DNA from: an uncultured Candidatus Saccharibacteria bacterium
Lineage (GTDB): Bacteria > Patescibacteriota > Minisyncoccia > Phycocordibacterales > Phycocordibacteraceae
Assembly (NCBI GenBank): GCA_964398865.1
Contig: CAYNOO010000002.1
Span: 3,588-67,587, forward strand
Reading direction: 5' to 3'
DNA: 64,000 nucleotides
Shown: piece by piece, positions 35,795 to 45,921 of the stretch
How the letters are laid out: each line of letters starts with the position of its first letter
Position numbering within the stretch: the stretch's first letter is position 1
Position numbers and translations under genes: made by a program
Notes under the pieces: model-generated
Told to the model about the DNA's origin: nothing
Database searches by the model: none
The model's input: only the letters and a program-made list of their open reading frames with translations

Positions 35795-36832
35795 ATGCGG
35801 GTTGCATCTCTTTTTTCCGGAGCTGGCGGTTTAGACTTGGGCTTTAAGAAAGCCGGTTTTGATGTCGTGTGGGCAAATGAATATGATCCCGCGATTTGGA
35901 AAACATTTGAATTAAATTTCCCTGATACCACTTTAGATCGGCGAAACGTCGTTGACGTTGCTTCGGAAGACATTCCGGATGTTGATGGGATTATTGGCGG
36001 ACCACCGTGCCAGAGCTGGAGCGAAGCGGGAGCTGGCAGGGGGGTCAATGATAAACGCGGGCGACTTTTTTTTGACTATATCCGGATTTTGAAAGATAAA
36101 GAACCTTTATTTTTCTTAGCAGAAAATGTTTCTGGAATCCTTTTCGACCGTCATGCAAGCGCGTTTGCTGAGATAGTGAGGCAGTTTAGCGATGCTGGAT
36201 ATTCGGTGAATTATAAATTATTGAATGCGCATGACTACGACGTTCCTGAAGATCGCCTGCGAGTGATTATCGTGGGCTACCATAAGAAACTTGGGCGAAC
36301 ATTTGAATTTCCTGAACCCATCACTGAAAAGATTTTTCTTAAAGACGCGATTGGCAATTTGCCTCCCGCAACACCGGCAAAGGCGATGAATAAAACTAAT
36401 GGAGAAAACCTTTCCATCCCTAACCACGAATATATGACGGGTGGATTTTCGACTATGTATATGTCGCGTAATCGTGTTCGCTCATGGGGCGAGCCTTCTT
36501 TCACAATTCAGGCAGGAGGTCGCCATGCGCCCATTCATCCGCAGGCGCCAAAAATGCAATTGATTTCCAAGGATGTGCGTATTTTTGCTCCGGGGAAAGA
36601 ACACCTGTACCGACGCTTATCGGTCCGTGAGTGCGCGCGCATTCAGACTTTCCCTGATAATTTTATTTTTGATTATAAAAATATCGGAGACGGCTACAAG
36701 ATGATCGGTAACGCGGTGCCAGTTAATTTTGCTAAAGCTATCGCGAAAAAAATAAAAAAAGATCTTTCAATGGGGCGCTCTACTTCGAGGCAATCGCTCA
36801 AAGGAGGTAAAGAGTTCGCTCTATTTGCCTAA
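35795..36832 (+). CDS. DNA (cytosine-5) methyltransferase, M.HaeIII-like
   Basis: LFSGAGG, GGPPCQSWS, ENV, RRLSVRECARIQ and YKMIGNAVP. Confidence 0.93.
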   Translation: MRVASLFSGAGGLDLGFKKAGFDVVWANEYDPAIWKTFELNFPDTTLDRRNVVDVASEDIPDVDGIIGGPPCQSWSEAGAGRGVNDKRGRLFFDYIRILKDKEPLFFLAENVSGILFDRHASAFAEIVRQFSDAGYSVNYKLLNAHDYDVPEDRLRVIIVGYHKKLGRTFEFPEPITEKIFLKDAIGNLPPATPAKAMNKTNGENLSIPNHEYMTGGFSTMYMSRNRVRSWGEPSFTIQAGGRHAPIHPQAPKMQLISKDVRIFAPGKEHLYRRLSVRECARIQTFPDNFIFDYKNIGDGYKMIGNAVPVNFAKAIAKKIKKDLSMGRSTSRQSLKGGKEFALFA

Positions 36833-36882
36833 CTGTAATGCCGCGACCTCCACTAACTTGAACGGAAGGGCGATTCTCTAAA

Positions 36883-39357
36883 ATGTTTAAAAAAATAAAA
36901 GACACTTCGATCCTTCGAAACGCACGCCAAGGACTTGAGCGGGAAGCCTTGCGAGTGGATGGTCAGGGGCGTATCGCAACGAACCTTCATCCGAACGCGT
37001 TCGGGTCACCGCTTACCAATCCCTATATCACACTTGATTTTTCTGAAGCGCAGCTTGAATTCATCACGCCGCCTTTGAAGGGAGGGCCGGCTCTCCGGGG
37101 CTTTCTTGAGAAACTCTACGCGTGGAGCTACCGGCAGATCGGTAGGGAGCTTCTCTGGCCGTTCAGCATGCCAGGAAAGTTGCCGGAGCACAGAAAGATA
37201 GCGCTTGCTCAGTTTGGTGCTTCTGTGGACGCTGAAGCGAAGCGCATCTACCGCGAAGGCTTGAAGCAGCGCTATGGCGGCGCCGTGCAGACTATCTCGG
37301 GCATCCATTACAATTTCTCTCTTTCTGAATCCTTCTGGAGCGCATACGCGAGGGAGTGCGGCATTCTAGGCGATATATCGTCCTTCAAAGACGAGCAGTA
37401 TTTTTCCCTGATGCGGAACGTCATCCGCTATGTGCCTTTAGTGACGTATCTTTTCGGTGCGTCCCCAGCCGCCGATAAGAGCTTTTTTACATCGCATCCT
37501 GAAAGTTTGAAGCAGCTCGATGCTTCAACATGGTACGGACCGTGGGCGACGTCCTTGCGACTCAGCGATTTTGGCTACCATAATGCGAAACGCAGTCCCG
37601 CTAGCGTTTCCTTCAACTCGCTTTCGGAATATGTGAATGATCTCTACAAAGCGGTATCAACTCCGTCGAAATTGTGGAGCGCGCTCGGCACCGAGGAGAG
37701 CGGGAAACAGATACAGCTCAACACGAACATATTGCAACTTGAGAACGAGTTCTATGCTTCCATACGCCCCAAACAAAAGACGCACATGCACCCTGGAGAG
37801 AGTGTCCTTTGTTCCTTGGCGTGCGCGGGAGTGGAGTATGTAGAACTTCGAAGCATCGACCTTGACCCTTATGATCCGGCTGGAATTGGCGAGGAAGAAC
37901 TCTCTTTTCTCCATGCGTTCATGACCTATTGTTTACTGGTGCCGAGCGCTCGGTTTAAGGAAGGCGAGCAGAAGAAACTGGAAGACACTCACTCGCTCGT
38001 CGCGCTCATGGGTCGCAAGCCCGGTCTTGCTATCGATACGGGATCGCGGAAAGAGATTTTTTCGGCATGGGCGTCAAAGGCGCTGAAGGCTATTGCTGAA
38101 GTCGCGGAACTTTTGGATGAGGCGCATGAGACAAAACGATTTTCGCGGGTGGTGGCAGCGCAAGCGGAAAAGTTAGCAGACTCAGAGCTTACCCCTTCTG
38201 CGCGCGTCATCCGTGAGATGAGAGAGAAAGGAATCTCCTATGCTCTATACGGTGTGGCACTCGCGAAATCATACAAAGCCTCTGCGCGCGCTCTAGCCTT
38301 GTCTGCTTCATATCAGGCGGAGATGAAAGAGCTTGCCCGTATTTCTCTCGAGGAAGCATCGCGTCGCGAAGCATATGATGATTGGATACTGAAAGGCTAT
38401 GAGCATCTCGAGCTCTCTACTCAGATAGTGATACGAGCCGCACAGAAGCGAGGCATCGTCGTCGAAGTTCTTGACCCTACGCTCAACGTTATTGAGCTCA
38501 CGAAAGGAAAGAAGAAAGAGGTCGTGAAGCAAGGAACTATCACGCGCTATGACAATTACCTCGGGTATGAGCTCATGAACCACAAATCTCTCACGAAGCT
38601 TTTTCTTCTGCATGCTGGCATCTCGACGCCTCAAGGAGAGCGATTCACGGATAAGCAGGAAGCTCTTGATTTTTATCCAGCGCATTGCTCGCATGCGCTT
38701 GTCGTGAAGCCTTCCAGTACCAACTACGGCACGGGCGTCTCGATCGTCCGTCCTCGCGGAGATAAGGCATATCAATTAGCTGTTGAGCGAGCCTTCAAGC
38801 ATGACAGCACCATCCTCGTCGAGGAGTTCATCCCCGGAAAGGAATACCGTTTTCTCGTAATAGCTGGCAAGGTTATCGCAGTTCTGAACCGCGACCCGGC
38901 AAATGTGATAGGAGACGGAATACACAGCATTCGTGAGCTGGTGGAAGCGAAGAACACGGACCCCTTGAGTTATAAGCTGCCCGAGAAATATATTCACCTC
39001 CGAGCTGTCGAGAAAGAAATACTCGCCGAAGCGAAGCTCACGCCTGACTCCGTCCCTTCGCGAAATCGGAAAGTGTATCTGCGGAAGAACTCCAACGTGA
39101 ACGACGGAGGAGATCCTATCGACATACCCGACATGCCTGCGGCATACAAGAGGATAGCCATTCGCGCGGCTCGGACAGTGGGCGCGAATATATGCGGAGT
39201 CGATATGATAATCAAAGATCCCCTGAAGGTTCCGAAGGCGAACAATCATTCCATCATCGAGCTGAATTGGAATCCGGCGCTCTACCTCCACGGCTACCCG
39301 ATCAAAGGAAAACGACGCGATGTGGGCGGGGCAGTCTTAGATTTCTTGGGGTTTTGA
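36883..39357 (+). CDS. gshF: bifunctional glutamate-cysteine ligase/glutathione synthetase (GshF/GshAB)
   Basis: GshA domain (GLEREALRV, DFSEAQLEFITP, SGIHYNFS, ENEFYASIRPK, YVELR) fused to an ATP-grasp (ELSTQ, VVKP..TNYG.G, EYRF, GVD, IELN.NP). Confidence 0.9.
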   Translation: MFKKIKDTSILRNARQGLEREALRVDGQGRIATNLHPNAFGSPLTNPYITLDFSEAQLEFITPPLKGGPALRGFLEKLYAWSYRQIGRELLWPFSMPGKLPEHRKIALAQFGASVDAEAKRIYREGLKQRYGGAVQTISGIHYNFSLSESFWSAYARECGILGDISSFKDEQYFSLMRNVIRYVPLVTYLFGASPAADKSFFTSHPESLKQLDASTWYGPWATSLRLSDFGYHNAKRSPASVSFNSLSEYVNDLYKAVSTPSKLWSALGTEESGKQIQLNTNILQLENEFYASIRPKQKTHMHPGESVLCSLACAGVEYVELRSIDLDPYDPAGIGEEELSFLHAFMTYCLLVPSARFKEGEQKKLEDTHSLVALMGRKPGLAIDTGSRKEIFSAWASKALKAIAEVAELLDEAHETKRFSRVVAAQAEKLADSELTPSARVIREMREKGISYALYGVALAKSYKASARALALSASYQAEMKELARISLEEASRREAYDDWILKGYEHLELSTQIVIRAAQKRGIVVEVLDPTLNVIELTKGKKKEVVKQGTITRYDNYLGYELMNHKSLTKLFLLHAGISTPQGERFTDKQEALDFYPAHCSHALVVKPSSTNYGTGVSIVRPRGDKAYQLAVERAFKHDSTILVEEFIPGKEYRFLVIAGKVIAVLNRDPANVIGDGIHSIRELVEAKNTDPLSYKLPEKYIHLRAVEKEILAEAKLTPDSVPSRNRKVYLRKNSNVNDGGDPIDIPDMPAAYKRIAIRAARTVGANICGVDMIIKDPLKVPKANNHSIIELNWNPALYLHGYPIKGKRRDVGGAVLDFLGF

Positions 39358-39403
39358 TTCTTTTGAACCTCTAGGATGTGGATATTTGGTATACTGAAAG
39401 CCT

Positions 39404-39805
39404 ATGGACGGATACATCACTAATATTGAAGACGATACACTCGCCAATGAAAACTTCAGGAAAGTGCTTTATACCGACGAGCGGTTGCAACTGGTTATCA
39501 TGAGCGTTGCGCCAAGCGACGACATAGGCGAAGAGGTGCACGAGGTTGACCAGTTCATCAGAATTGAAAGTGGAGAAGGGAAGTCGGTCTTGAACGGTGA
39601 GACGAGTACTCTTAAGGACGGTTCTGTTGTCGTGATTCCTGCGGGCACGAAACATAACATCGTAAATACTTCTTCTGAAAATCCGTTGAAGCTCTATACG
39701 CTCTACGCACCGCCAAACCACCGGGAGGGTGTCGTGCACAAAACGAAAGCGGAGGCTGAAGCGGACGAAGAGCACTTTCAGACAAAGCCCCGTGAATATG
39801 ATTGA
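39404..39805 (+). CDS. cupin domain protein
   Basis: NFRKVLYT, IGEEVH, IPAGTKHN and KLYTLYAPP. Confidence 0.9.
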   Translation: MDGYITNIEDDTLANENFRKVLYTDERLQLVIMSVAPSDDIGEEVHEVDQFIRIESGEGKSVLNGETSTLKDGSVVVIPAGTKHNIVNTSSENPLKLYTLYAPPNHREGVVHKTKAEAEADEEHFQTKPREYD

Positions 39806-39811
39806 TATACT

Positions 39812-40564
39812 GTGAATATGGATATTCCTAAAGGAACGAAGGTAATGCTCTTCGTAACAGGAATAATTTTCTGTATCGTTACCACGTTCACTTTTCTCGT
39901 GGGTGGAGCCGTCACGGATCTTGATCCCTCCGAAAACGACGGGACGTCGCCCGGTGTTGTCGTACCTGCAGACGGTCCTATCGTTATCAAAGGAACGATG
40001 TTGTGTCTCCCGCATAAGAATACGAGCGGAACGCAAACGATGGAATGCGCGTATGGTCTGAAAGATGACATGGAACGATATTTTGCGTTAAGCGATTCCG
40101 ATCCTAACTACATGAACATCATCGGTGTTCCTATGAATGTGCAGGTGCAGGTTGAAGGAATTTTTGGAGCTCGCGCTAATTCCAACTATCAGGATATTGG
40201 AATCATTTCAGTAACGAAAATCACAGCAGTCAATACCACTCCCGCAAACGCGAGCGGCATACGAGGCAGAGCACTCTTAGGACCTACGTGCCCTGTGGAG
40301 CGGAATCCTCCAGACCCCGCATGTGCTGATAAGCCCTACCAAACCTCACTCGTCGTTACTACTGCGGATGGTGCGAAAGTCGTTAAAGAATTTTCTACCG
40401 ACGGAGCGGGGTTGTTTTCGATTAGTCTACCCCCGGGGAGTTATGCTATTCGCTCTGGCGCTGCATCAAATATCCGTCCGTATTGTCAAAGCAACGGCAC
40501 AATAGAGGTGAAACAAAGCGCTTTTGCAGACGCCACTATTTCTTGCGATACGGGAATCCGCTAG
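39812..40564 (+). CDS. membrane-anchored hypothetical protein with Cys pairs and a C-terminal beta-sandwich-like domain
   Basis: TM helix, CLPH...ECAYG and GPTCPVE...C...LPPGSY. Confidence 0.75.
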   Translation: MNMDIPKGTKVMLFVTGIIFCIVTTFTFLVGGAVTDLDPSENDGTSPGVVVPADGPIVIKGTMLCLPHKNTSGTQTMECAYGLKDDMERYFALSDSDPNYMNIIGVPMNVQVQVEGIFGARANSNYQDIGIISVTKITAVNTTPANASGIRGRALLGPTCPVERNPPDPACADKPYQTSLVVTTADGAKVVKEFSTDGAGLFSISLPPGSYAIRSGAASNIRPYCQSNGTIEVKQSAFADATISCDTGIR

Positions 40565-40587
40565 TACTTTTCATTTTCAAGATTTGT

Positions 40588-41550
40588 ATGTTCAAAGGAA
40601 AGGCATTCCTCTCCACCCTCATACTGACCGTATTCACTCTGCTCGTAATCCTCGCATATTTTATCGTTCCTAATGGATATGCCGGAGCTCGTTCTGTTCT
40701 AGGGGAAACCGAATCGTTAGCGTCTGTTCTGCCGGGAGTCGTTATAGCACTTACTAATACCGATCGCGTAAAGAACGGCTCGCTGCTGCTTGTTGAGAAC
40801 CCGCTTCTCACAAAAGCTGCGCAGATGAAGGCTGATGATATGCTTGCGCGTCAGTATTATGCGCACGTGACTCCAGAGGGGAATACCCCTCTCTATTTTT
40901 TTGATATGGTTGGATACAAATATCTGAACGCGGGAGAGAATCTTGACCTGACCTACGTGAGTACAGCGGAAGATGTGCATATGGCGTGGATGAACTCACC
41001 TGCACACCGTGCGAATCTCCTTTTGCCACAGTACACCGAGATAGGCGTCGGTGTTGCCGAAGGGAACTATCAAGGATATTCGGTTACCTTTGTGGTAGAA
41101 ATGCTCGCGACACCTTTGCCGCCATCCCCAGTATCCAAGGTTGCCCCAACCTCTCTGCCGTCTGTTTCGACTAACGCGGCAACCCCGCCGGCTCCAGTAA
41201 AGACTACTCCAAAAGCATTCACTCCTGTCATCCCTGTTTCTTCGCCGCCTTCGGTGCAGACATCTCTTGCGACATTCGTTTCTACTTCAACCGAAGCGCT
41301 TCCTCCTATTCTTGATAGAGTAGTGTCTCAAGCTGTTTCGAGTTCACTGCCACTGCCTACCCTCATCATTTCTGCATCGAGCACTGAAAACGCGGTTGAA
41401 CTTCTTGCGGAGTTTAAGCATGCTCGGATTTCCTTCAAGGAATTGGTGCGCTCTTTCTTTCAAAGCGTGGGGGAGACAGCAAGTCATTTTCTTTCAAAAA
41501 TATCGAAATTATTCTCGCGAGGGAGTGAAATAAATATTCTCACGAAATAA
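40588..41550 (+). CDS. CAP/SCP domain protein with a Pro/Ser/Thr-rich linker
   Basis: TN..R, AAQ.KA.DM, AGENL and WMNSPAHRANLL..EIGVG. Start placed at ATG 40588. Confidence 0.88.
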   Translation: MFKGKAFLSTLILTVFTLLVILAYFIVPNGYAGARSVLGETESLASVLPGVVIALTNTDRVKNGSLLLVENPLLTKAAQMKADDMLARQYYAHVTPEGNTPLYFFDMVGYKYLNAGENLDLTYVSTAEDVHMAWMNSPAHRANLLLPQYTEIGVGVAEGNYQGYSVTFVVEMLATPLPPSPVSKVAPTSLPSVSTNAATPPAPVKTTPKAFTPVIPVSSPPSVQTSLATFVSTSTEALPPILDRVVSQAVSSSLPLPTLIISASSTENAVELLAEFKHARISFKELVRSFFQSVGETASHFLSKISKLFSRGSEINILTK

Positions 41551-41717
41551 GGAGACGCTCCATTTCCACAGCCGGTCCTTTCATCGCCCCTTCACGTATC
41601 AAGGCGGATACTGATAGCCGCGGCTGCTTACTCGCAGCTGTTCAGCCTTTATAAATGATAATCGAGCGACTTCTTTTGGCGCTCGCGCTTTAGCAGACAG
41701 AGATAACCTACACGCTT

Positions 41718-42089
41718 ATGATGAAACCTTTCCTTCACTGGCTGCTGTCAGCCATCGTGATTGGCGTTGCTGCGTTCTTGGTGCCAGGTGTCGAAGTGAC
41801 AATCCTAGGCGCACTTCTCGCGGCTGTCGTCCTTGCGCTTCTCTCAGTGTTTATTAAGCCATTCATTGAGCTTCTCACGTTGCCGGTTAACGTGGTGACG
41901 CTAGGTCTCTTCTCTTTCGTCATCAACGCAGCACTCGTCCTTCTTGCTGCAGCAGTCGTTCCTGGATTTGCCGTTGGCAATTTCTGGTGGGCGCTTCTCT
42001 TCTCGGTCGTACTTTCTCTCCTCAACGTCGTGTTTGGTGTCGGGGTCATGGAATCTGATCGAAAGGTTTTGAGCCCACGACATTCGTGA
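41718..42089 (+). CDS. YvlD/DUF360 4-TM membrane protein (phage-holin-like family)
   Basis: IKP...LTLP.N..TLGLF.FVINA motif. Confidence 0.85.
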   Translation: MMKPFLHWLLSAIVIGVAAFLVPGVEVTILGALLAAVVLALLSVFIKPFIELLTLPVNVVTLGLFSFVINAALVLLAAAVVPGFAVGNFWWALLFSVVLSLLNVVFGVGVMESDRKVLSPRHS

Positions 42090-42095
42090 AGTTAA

Positions 42096-42125
42096 AAAAA
42101 CGGCGCCTGTATGGGCGCCGTTTTT
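42096..42125. terminator. intrinsic terminator
   Basis: aaaaacggcgcc-tgtatg-ggcgccgttttt. Confidence 0.85.
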
Positions 42126-42153
42126 GGTGGAGCGTTTGTTATACTTACATCAG

Positions 42154-42813
42154 ATGAATCAAAAAACTATCATCGGTCTTGTTTCCACAGCGGTGCTTGT
42201 TCTCATTGTCGGAGGGCTGCTGTGGGCGCTAGAGGAGAATGGCGCAGTGCCGTCCACGGGAGAGCCTGTAGCAACCACTACTCCAAACCCGATTACACCG
42301 CTTCCGTATGGTGCGGTCACTCTACGTTTGGGTGAGAAAGCAACATTTCAGGATGTGAGTATACGCCCCGTCTCAATTGAGGAAGATAGTCGATGTCCGC
42401 AAGATGTGCAGTGTATCCAGGCAGGGACAGTTCAGGTAAAAGTTGCAATAGCCGGAAGAGCGGGAACCGATACCCAAATAATCGGTCTTGGAAAATCACT
42501 TGCTACTGAAAACGAAACTATTTCCTTTAATGCTGCACTTCCCGCAAAAATCTCGACTGTGCCCCTCATGCCAGCAGACTACATTCTCACCTTTACCGTG
42601 ACGAAGCGCGCCGCTGTCACTGGGGGCTGTTTCGTTGGCGGCTGTTCCTCGCAGATTTGCAGCGACCAACCTGGCGCTATATCTACGTGCGAATATCGTG
42701 CTGAATATGCTTGTTATAAGAGTGCAGTTTGCGAACGACAGCAAAATGGACAATGCGGCTGGACTGACACCACGACGCTTCGGGCATGCCTGCTTAATCC
42801 TCCATCACTATAA
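42154..42813 (+). CDS. membrane-anchored protein with a C-terminal eight-cysteine cluster
   Basis: EDSRCP..VQCIQAG and CFVGGCSSQIC...TCE..YAC...CE..GQCGW...C. Start placed at ATG 42154. Confidence 0.8.
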   Translation: MNQKTIIGLVSTAVLVLIVGGLLWALEENGAVPSTGEPVATTTPNPITPLPYGAVTLRLGEKATFQDVSIRPVSIEEDSRCPQDVQCIQAGTVQVKVAIAGRAGTDTQIIGLGKSLATENETISFNAALPAKISTVPLMPADYILTFTVTKRAAVTGGCFVGGCSSQICSDQPGAISTCEYRAEYACYKSAVCERQQNGQCGWTDTTTLRACLLNPPSL

Positions 42814-42818
42814 AGTTC

Positions 42819-43085
42819 ATGGACATACTTCTCATTAATATCGTCGGCTACACCGCGAGCGTTGTTGGCACCTCGTTGATGTTGCCTCAGATGTATAGGT
42901 CGTTGAAGACAAAAAGCGTCGAAGACCTTTCGTGGGGCATGCTCATACTTTATTTCCTGAACTGTGCTCTGTGGCTTATGTATGGAATCTTAATAGGTGC
43001 GATGCCAGTCATCATCACGAATGCAGTGGCGCTTCTCATAAGTATTATCCAGATTGCTCTGAAGATGCGGTATTCGAAACACTAG
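42819..43085 (+). CDS. SemiSWEET/PQ-loop transporter
   Basis: LPQ..S.KTKS..DLS, W..YG and P.IITN; three TM helices. Confidence 0.88.
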   Translation: MDILLINIVGYTASVVGTSLMLPQMYRSLKTKSVEDLSWGMLILYFLNCALWLMYGILIGAMPVIITNAVALLISIIQIALKMRYSKH

Positions 43086-43118
43086 GCATAAAATATTTTT
43101 TGAATTTTTGACGCACGC

Positions 43119-43931
43119 GTGAAATACAAGCTCATAAAAAAAGAAATCGGTCAGACACCACTTCAGGCTCTTGAAGTGTTTCGCGACACGGAGAAATTCT
43201 TGAAAGATGTGCCTCTTACGTATGCAGGCAGGTTGGATCCGATGGCAGAGGGGAAGCTCCTCATTCTCATAGGAGAAGAATGCAAGAAGCGGGAGCACTA
43301 CGATGTACTTGATAAGGAATACGAGTTTGAAATCTTACTTGGCTTTTCTACTGATACGGGAGATATCCTTGGCATTGCAGAAAAGGAATTCGAAGAGGAG
43401 GAAACAGGTTTCAATTCAGAAAAAGACTTCCACGCGCTTGCTCGCGCATTTAAAGGTACACATACCTTGAGATATCCTGCTTTCTCTTCAAAGACAGTTG
43501 GTGGCAAGTCTCTTTTTGAACATGCGCTCGAAGGCACGCTCTCTGGTATAGAGATTCCTACCACTCCCATGCACATATATAGAATGAAGTATGTGGGCAG
43601 AGAGGTTATAGAAAGGGGAAAGCTGATAGAGAATATAGTAAAGAAAATAAATTTACTAAAGGCTCCAGCGGATTCGGGACGAGTAGGGGCTGACTTTAGA
43701 AAGGGAGAGATTCTTTCGCGGTGGGAAACACTTCAAAATCCTGCCCAAAAACAACATACGGTCATTACGTTTCGAGCAATTGTCTCTTCCGGTACCTACG
43801 TTCGCGCTCTCGCACCTTTGATTGCTGAGGCTCTTGGCGCGAAAGGGCTTGCGTACTCTATTAAGCGTACGAAAATAGGTCGATATCAGCCCATAACGCC
43901 GTATTTTGGATTTTGGAAACAAGTCTTTTAA
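43119..43931 (+). CDS. TruB-like tRNA pseudouridine synthase
   Basis: YAGRLDPMAEG, TDTGD, YPAFSS and SSGTYVR. Confidence 0.8.
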   Translation: MKYKLIKKEIGQTPLQALEVFRDTEKFLKDVPLTYAGRLDPMAEGKLLILIGEECKKREHYDVLDKEYEFEILLGFSTDTGDILGIAEKEFEEEETGFNSEKDFHALARAFKGTHTLRYPAFSSKTVGGKSLFEHALEGTLSGIEIPTTPMHIYRMKYVGREVIERGKLIENIVKKINLLKAPADSGRVGADFRKGEILSRWETLQNPAQKQHTVITFRAIVSSGTYVRALAPLIAEALGAKGLAYSIKRTKIGRYQPITPYFGFWKQVF

Positions 43932-43977
43932 TGCAGTAAAATCGAGGTGCGCTATAGTAGGTAGAGCGTTAAAGGTC

Positions 43978-45078
43978 ATGCAAAAGAAAACTCAAGCAGC
44001 AAAGAAAATAGAAAAAAAGGTATCGCTCCGTGCTGTGGTTGGCATATGCATTGCCTCCTTAGTGCTTTTGTATCTTGTGGGATACATAAACATATTTGAT
44101 ACGACCTATTCCGTTACCGAAGCGGATGCCGAGACTCTTCTCCCTTTGACTCCGCATGTTGTAGCGTTAGATAAGGTGGCATATGACGCGAAGCTTATAA
44201 AGCTCGCCAATTATGCAAGTTCCACTCTGGCTCTGAGAACCGCTTCATCGAGCCCGCTTCTGTGGCCGGTGAAAACCGTGTACCCGAACGCTGGCGCCAT
44301 ACTGCCGTTTAAACGTATCGTCGCTTATTACGGGAATTTCTATTCAAAAGGCATGGGGGTCCTTGGGCAATATCCAGAAGCAGAAATGATTCAAAAACTG
44401 AAAGGGGAAGTAGCCGTATGGAATGCTGCCGACCCGACGACGCCGGTTGTTCCTGCTATCAACTACATTGTCATAACCGCTCAAGGTAGTGCCGGCAAAG
44501 ATGGGAAGTATCGATTACGCATGCCGGACACACAGATTGAGCATGCGCTGGAGCTTGCAAAACAAGTTGATGGAATCGTCATCCTCGATGTGCAGGTGGG
44601 CTTGAGCGACTTGCCCACAGAGCTGCCTATCTATGAAAAGTATTTCAAGATGCCACAGGTACATCTCGGTATTGATCCTGAATTTGCGATGCACAACGGC
44701 ACGCGCCCCGGCAGAGTCATTGGTTCGTTTGATGCTGTGGACATAAATTATGCCGCCAACTATCTTGCGAAGATTGTTAAGGAAAATAATCTTCCTCCTA
44801 AGATTCTTGTGGTACATCGCTTCACCGAGGATATGGTGACGCGTTATAAAAAAATTACGCCGCTTCCGGAAGTACAGATAGTCATGGATATGGACGGGTG
44901 GGGATTTGCAGCCAAGAAGATAAACACCTATAACACCGTTGTCTATCCGGAACCTGTTCAGTTTACGGGTTTCAAACTCTTCTATAAGAACGACATACTT
45001 CCCCCCTCGACACGAATGCTCACACCTGCAGAAATACTCAAACTAACTCCGCAACCTTCTTTTATTCAATACCAATAA
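43978..45078 (+). CDS. conserved hypothetical membrane-anchored protein
   Basis: TM helix, RIVAYYG, LDVQ.G, HLGIDPEF and DMDGWG. Start placed at ATG 43978. Confidence 0.8.
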   Translation: MQKKTQAAKKIEKKVSLRAVVGICIASLVLLYLVGYINIFDTTYSVTEADAETLLPLTPHVVALDKVAYDAKLIKLANYASSTLALRTASSSPLLWPVKTVYPNAGAILPFKRIVAYYGNFYSKGMGVLGQYPEAEMIQKLKGEVAVWNAADPTTPVVPAINYIVITAQGSAGKDGKYRLRMPDTQIEHALELAKQVDGIVILDVQVGLSDLPTELPIYEKYFKMPQVHLGIDPEFAMHNGTRPGRVIGSFDAVDINYAANYLAKIVKENNLPPKILVVHRFTEDMVTRYKKITPLPEVQIVMDMDGWGFAAKKINTYNTVVYPEPVQFTGFKLFYKNDILPPSTRMLTPAEILKLTPQPSFIQYQ

Positions 45079-45243
45079 CGAGGCTTCAAGAAATAGAAAG
45101 CCAAGGGCTGTGTGTAATAAAGCAAGCAGGTCAGCGTCCTTATCTCCAGGGTTGCCTTAGGGCACCTAGCAGGGTCGCGGTTATGCGCTATTCTGTAATA
45201 AGGTATTTATACGAGCTTTATAAAATTTATATAACTTAGAACT

Positions 45244-45804
45244 ATGACTCAGAAAAATATAATTATCGCAGTCATTGTCCTTGTCATCATAGGCTTGGGT
45301 TTCTGGTATTTCTCTTCAAAGAATGCCGCTCCCACCACGGACACTGATGTGACCGTGGGTGACGAGACTACTGATACGTCAGCCACTGGCGCTACAGCAG
45401 CTACGCCTACGAAAGGTACGGGAACGTTGAAGACTGCGTTTGTGCAGGGAGGCAATTACACCTGTACGCTCGATGCGCTCGCTAGCGACAACGGTAAGAC
45501 TACCGGAACCGTATACGCGTCTGCAGGAAAGACTCGTACGGATTTTCGTGCTCAGACTACTGACGGCACGGTAGCAGAACTTCACATAATTCGCGATGGC
45601 ACCTCGGCATACACGTGGGTATCGGGACAGACGACGGGTACTAAGACCGCTATTACGGCAACGAGTCCGTTTGTTCCTCATCAGCCATCAGGAGCTGGTA
45701 TCGCTATCACCGATGAATCTTCAGTCAATTGGGATTGTCATCCGTGGTTGACCGATAAAGCGCAGTTTGTTCCTCCATCGACTATCACGTTTATCGCTGA
45801 GTAG
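45244..45804 (+). CDS. membrane-anchored hypothetical protein (paralog of 33375..33893)
   Basis: TM helix, Thr-rich linker and YTC...GTVY...IRDG..YTW...CHPW..D...FVPP. Confidence 0.8.
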   Translation: MTQKNIIIAVIVLVIIGLGFWYFSSKNAAPTTDTDVTVGDETTDTSATGATAATPTKGTGTLKTAFVQGGNYTCTLDALASDNGKTTGTVYASAGKTRTDFRAQTTDGTVAELHIIRDGTSAYTWVSGQTTGTKTAITATSPFVPHQPSGAGIAITDESSVNWDCHPWLTDKAQFVPPSTITFIAE

Positions 45805-45824
45805 GAACTCTTTCCTGGCTTGTT

Positions 45825-45853
45825 AAAAAACCTCCCCTAGTGGGAGGTTTTTT
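45825..45853. terminator. bidirectional intrinsic terminator
   Basis: aaaaaacctccc-ctagt-gggaggtttttt. Confidence 0.85.
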
Positions 45854-45921
45854 GATGGGTACAGCATGGTACTATTGCAAACCCGTGATTACCCGGTACT
45901 TCGGGATAGTGCGCGATCACA

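Noticed and set aside
41718-42089. Holin indicating a prophage lysis cassette
   Set aside because: The YvlD/DUF360 family is a common chromosomal membrane protein, and there is no endolysin or phage gene nearby.
45080-45200. Possible ncRNA in the intergenic region
   Set aside because: Only a weak hairpin (tgcc-ttag-ggca) and no recognisable family motif.
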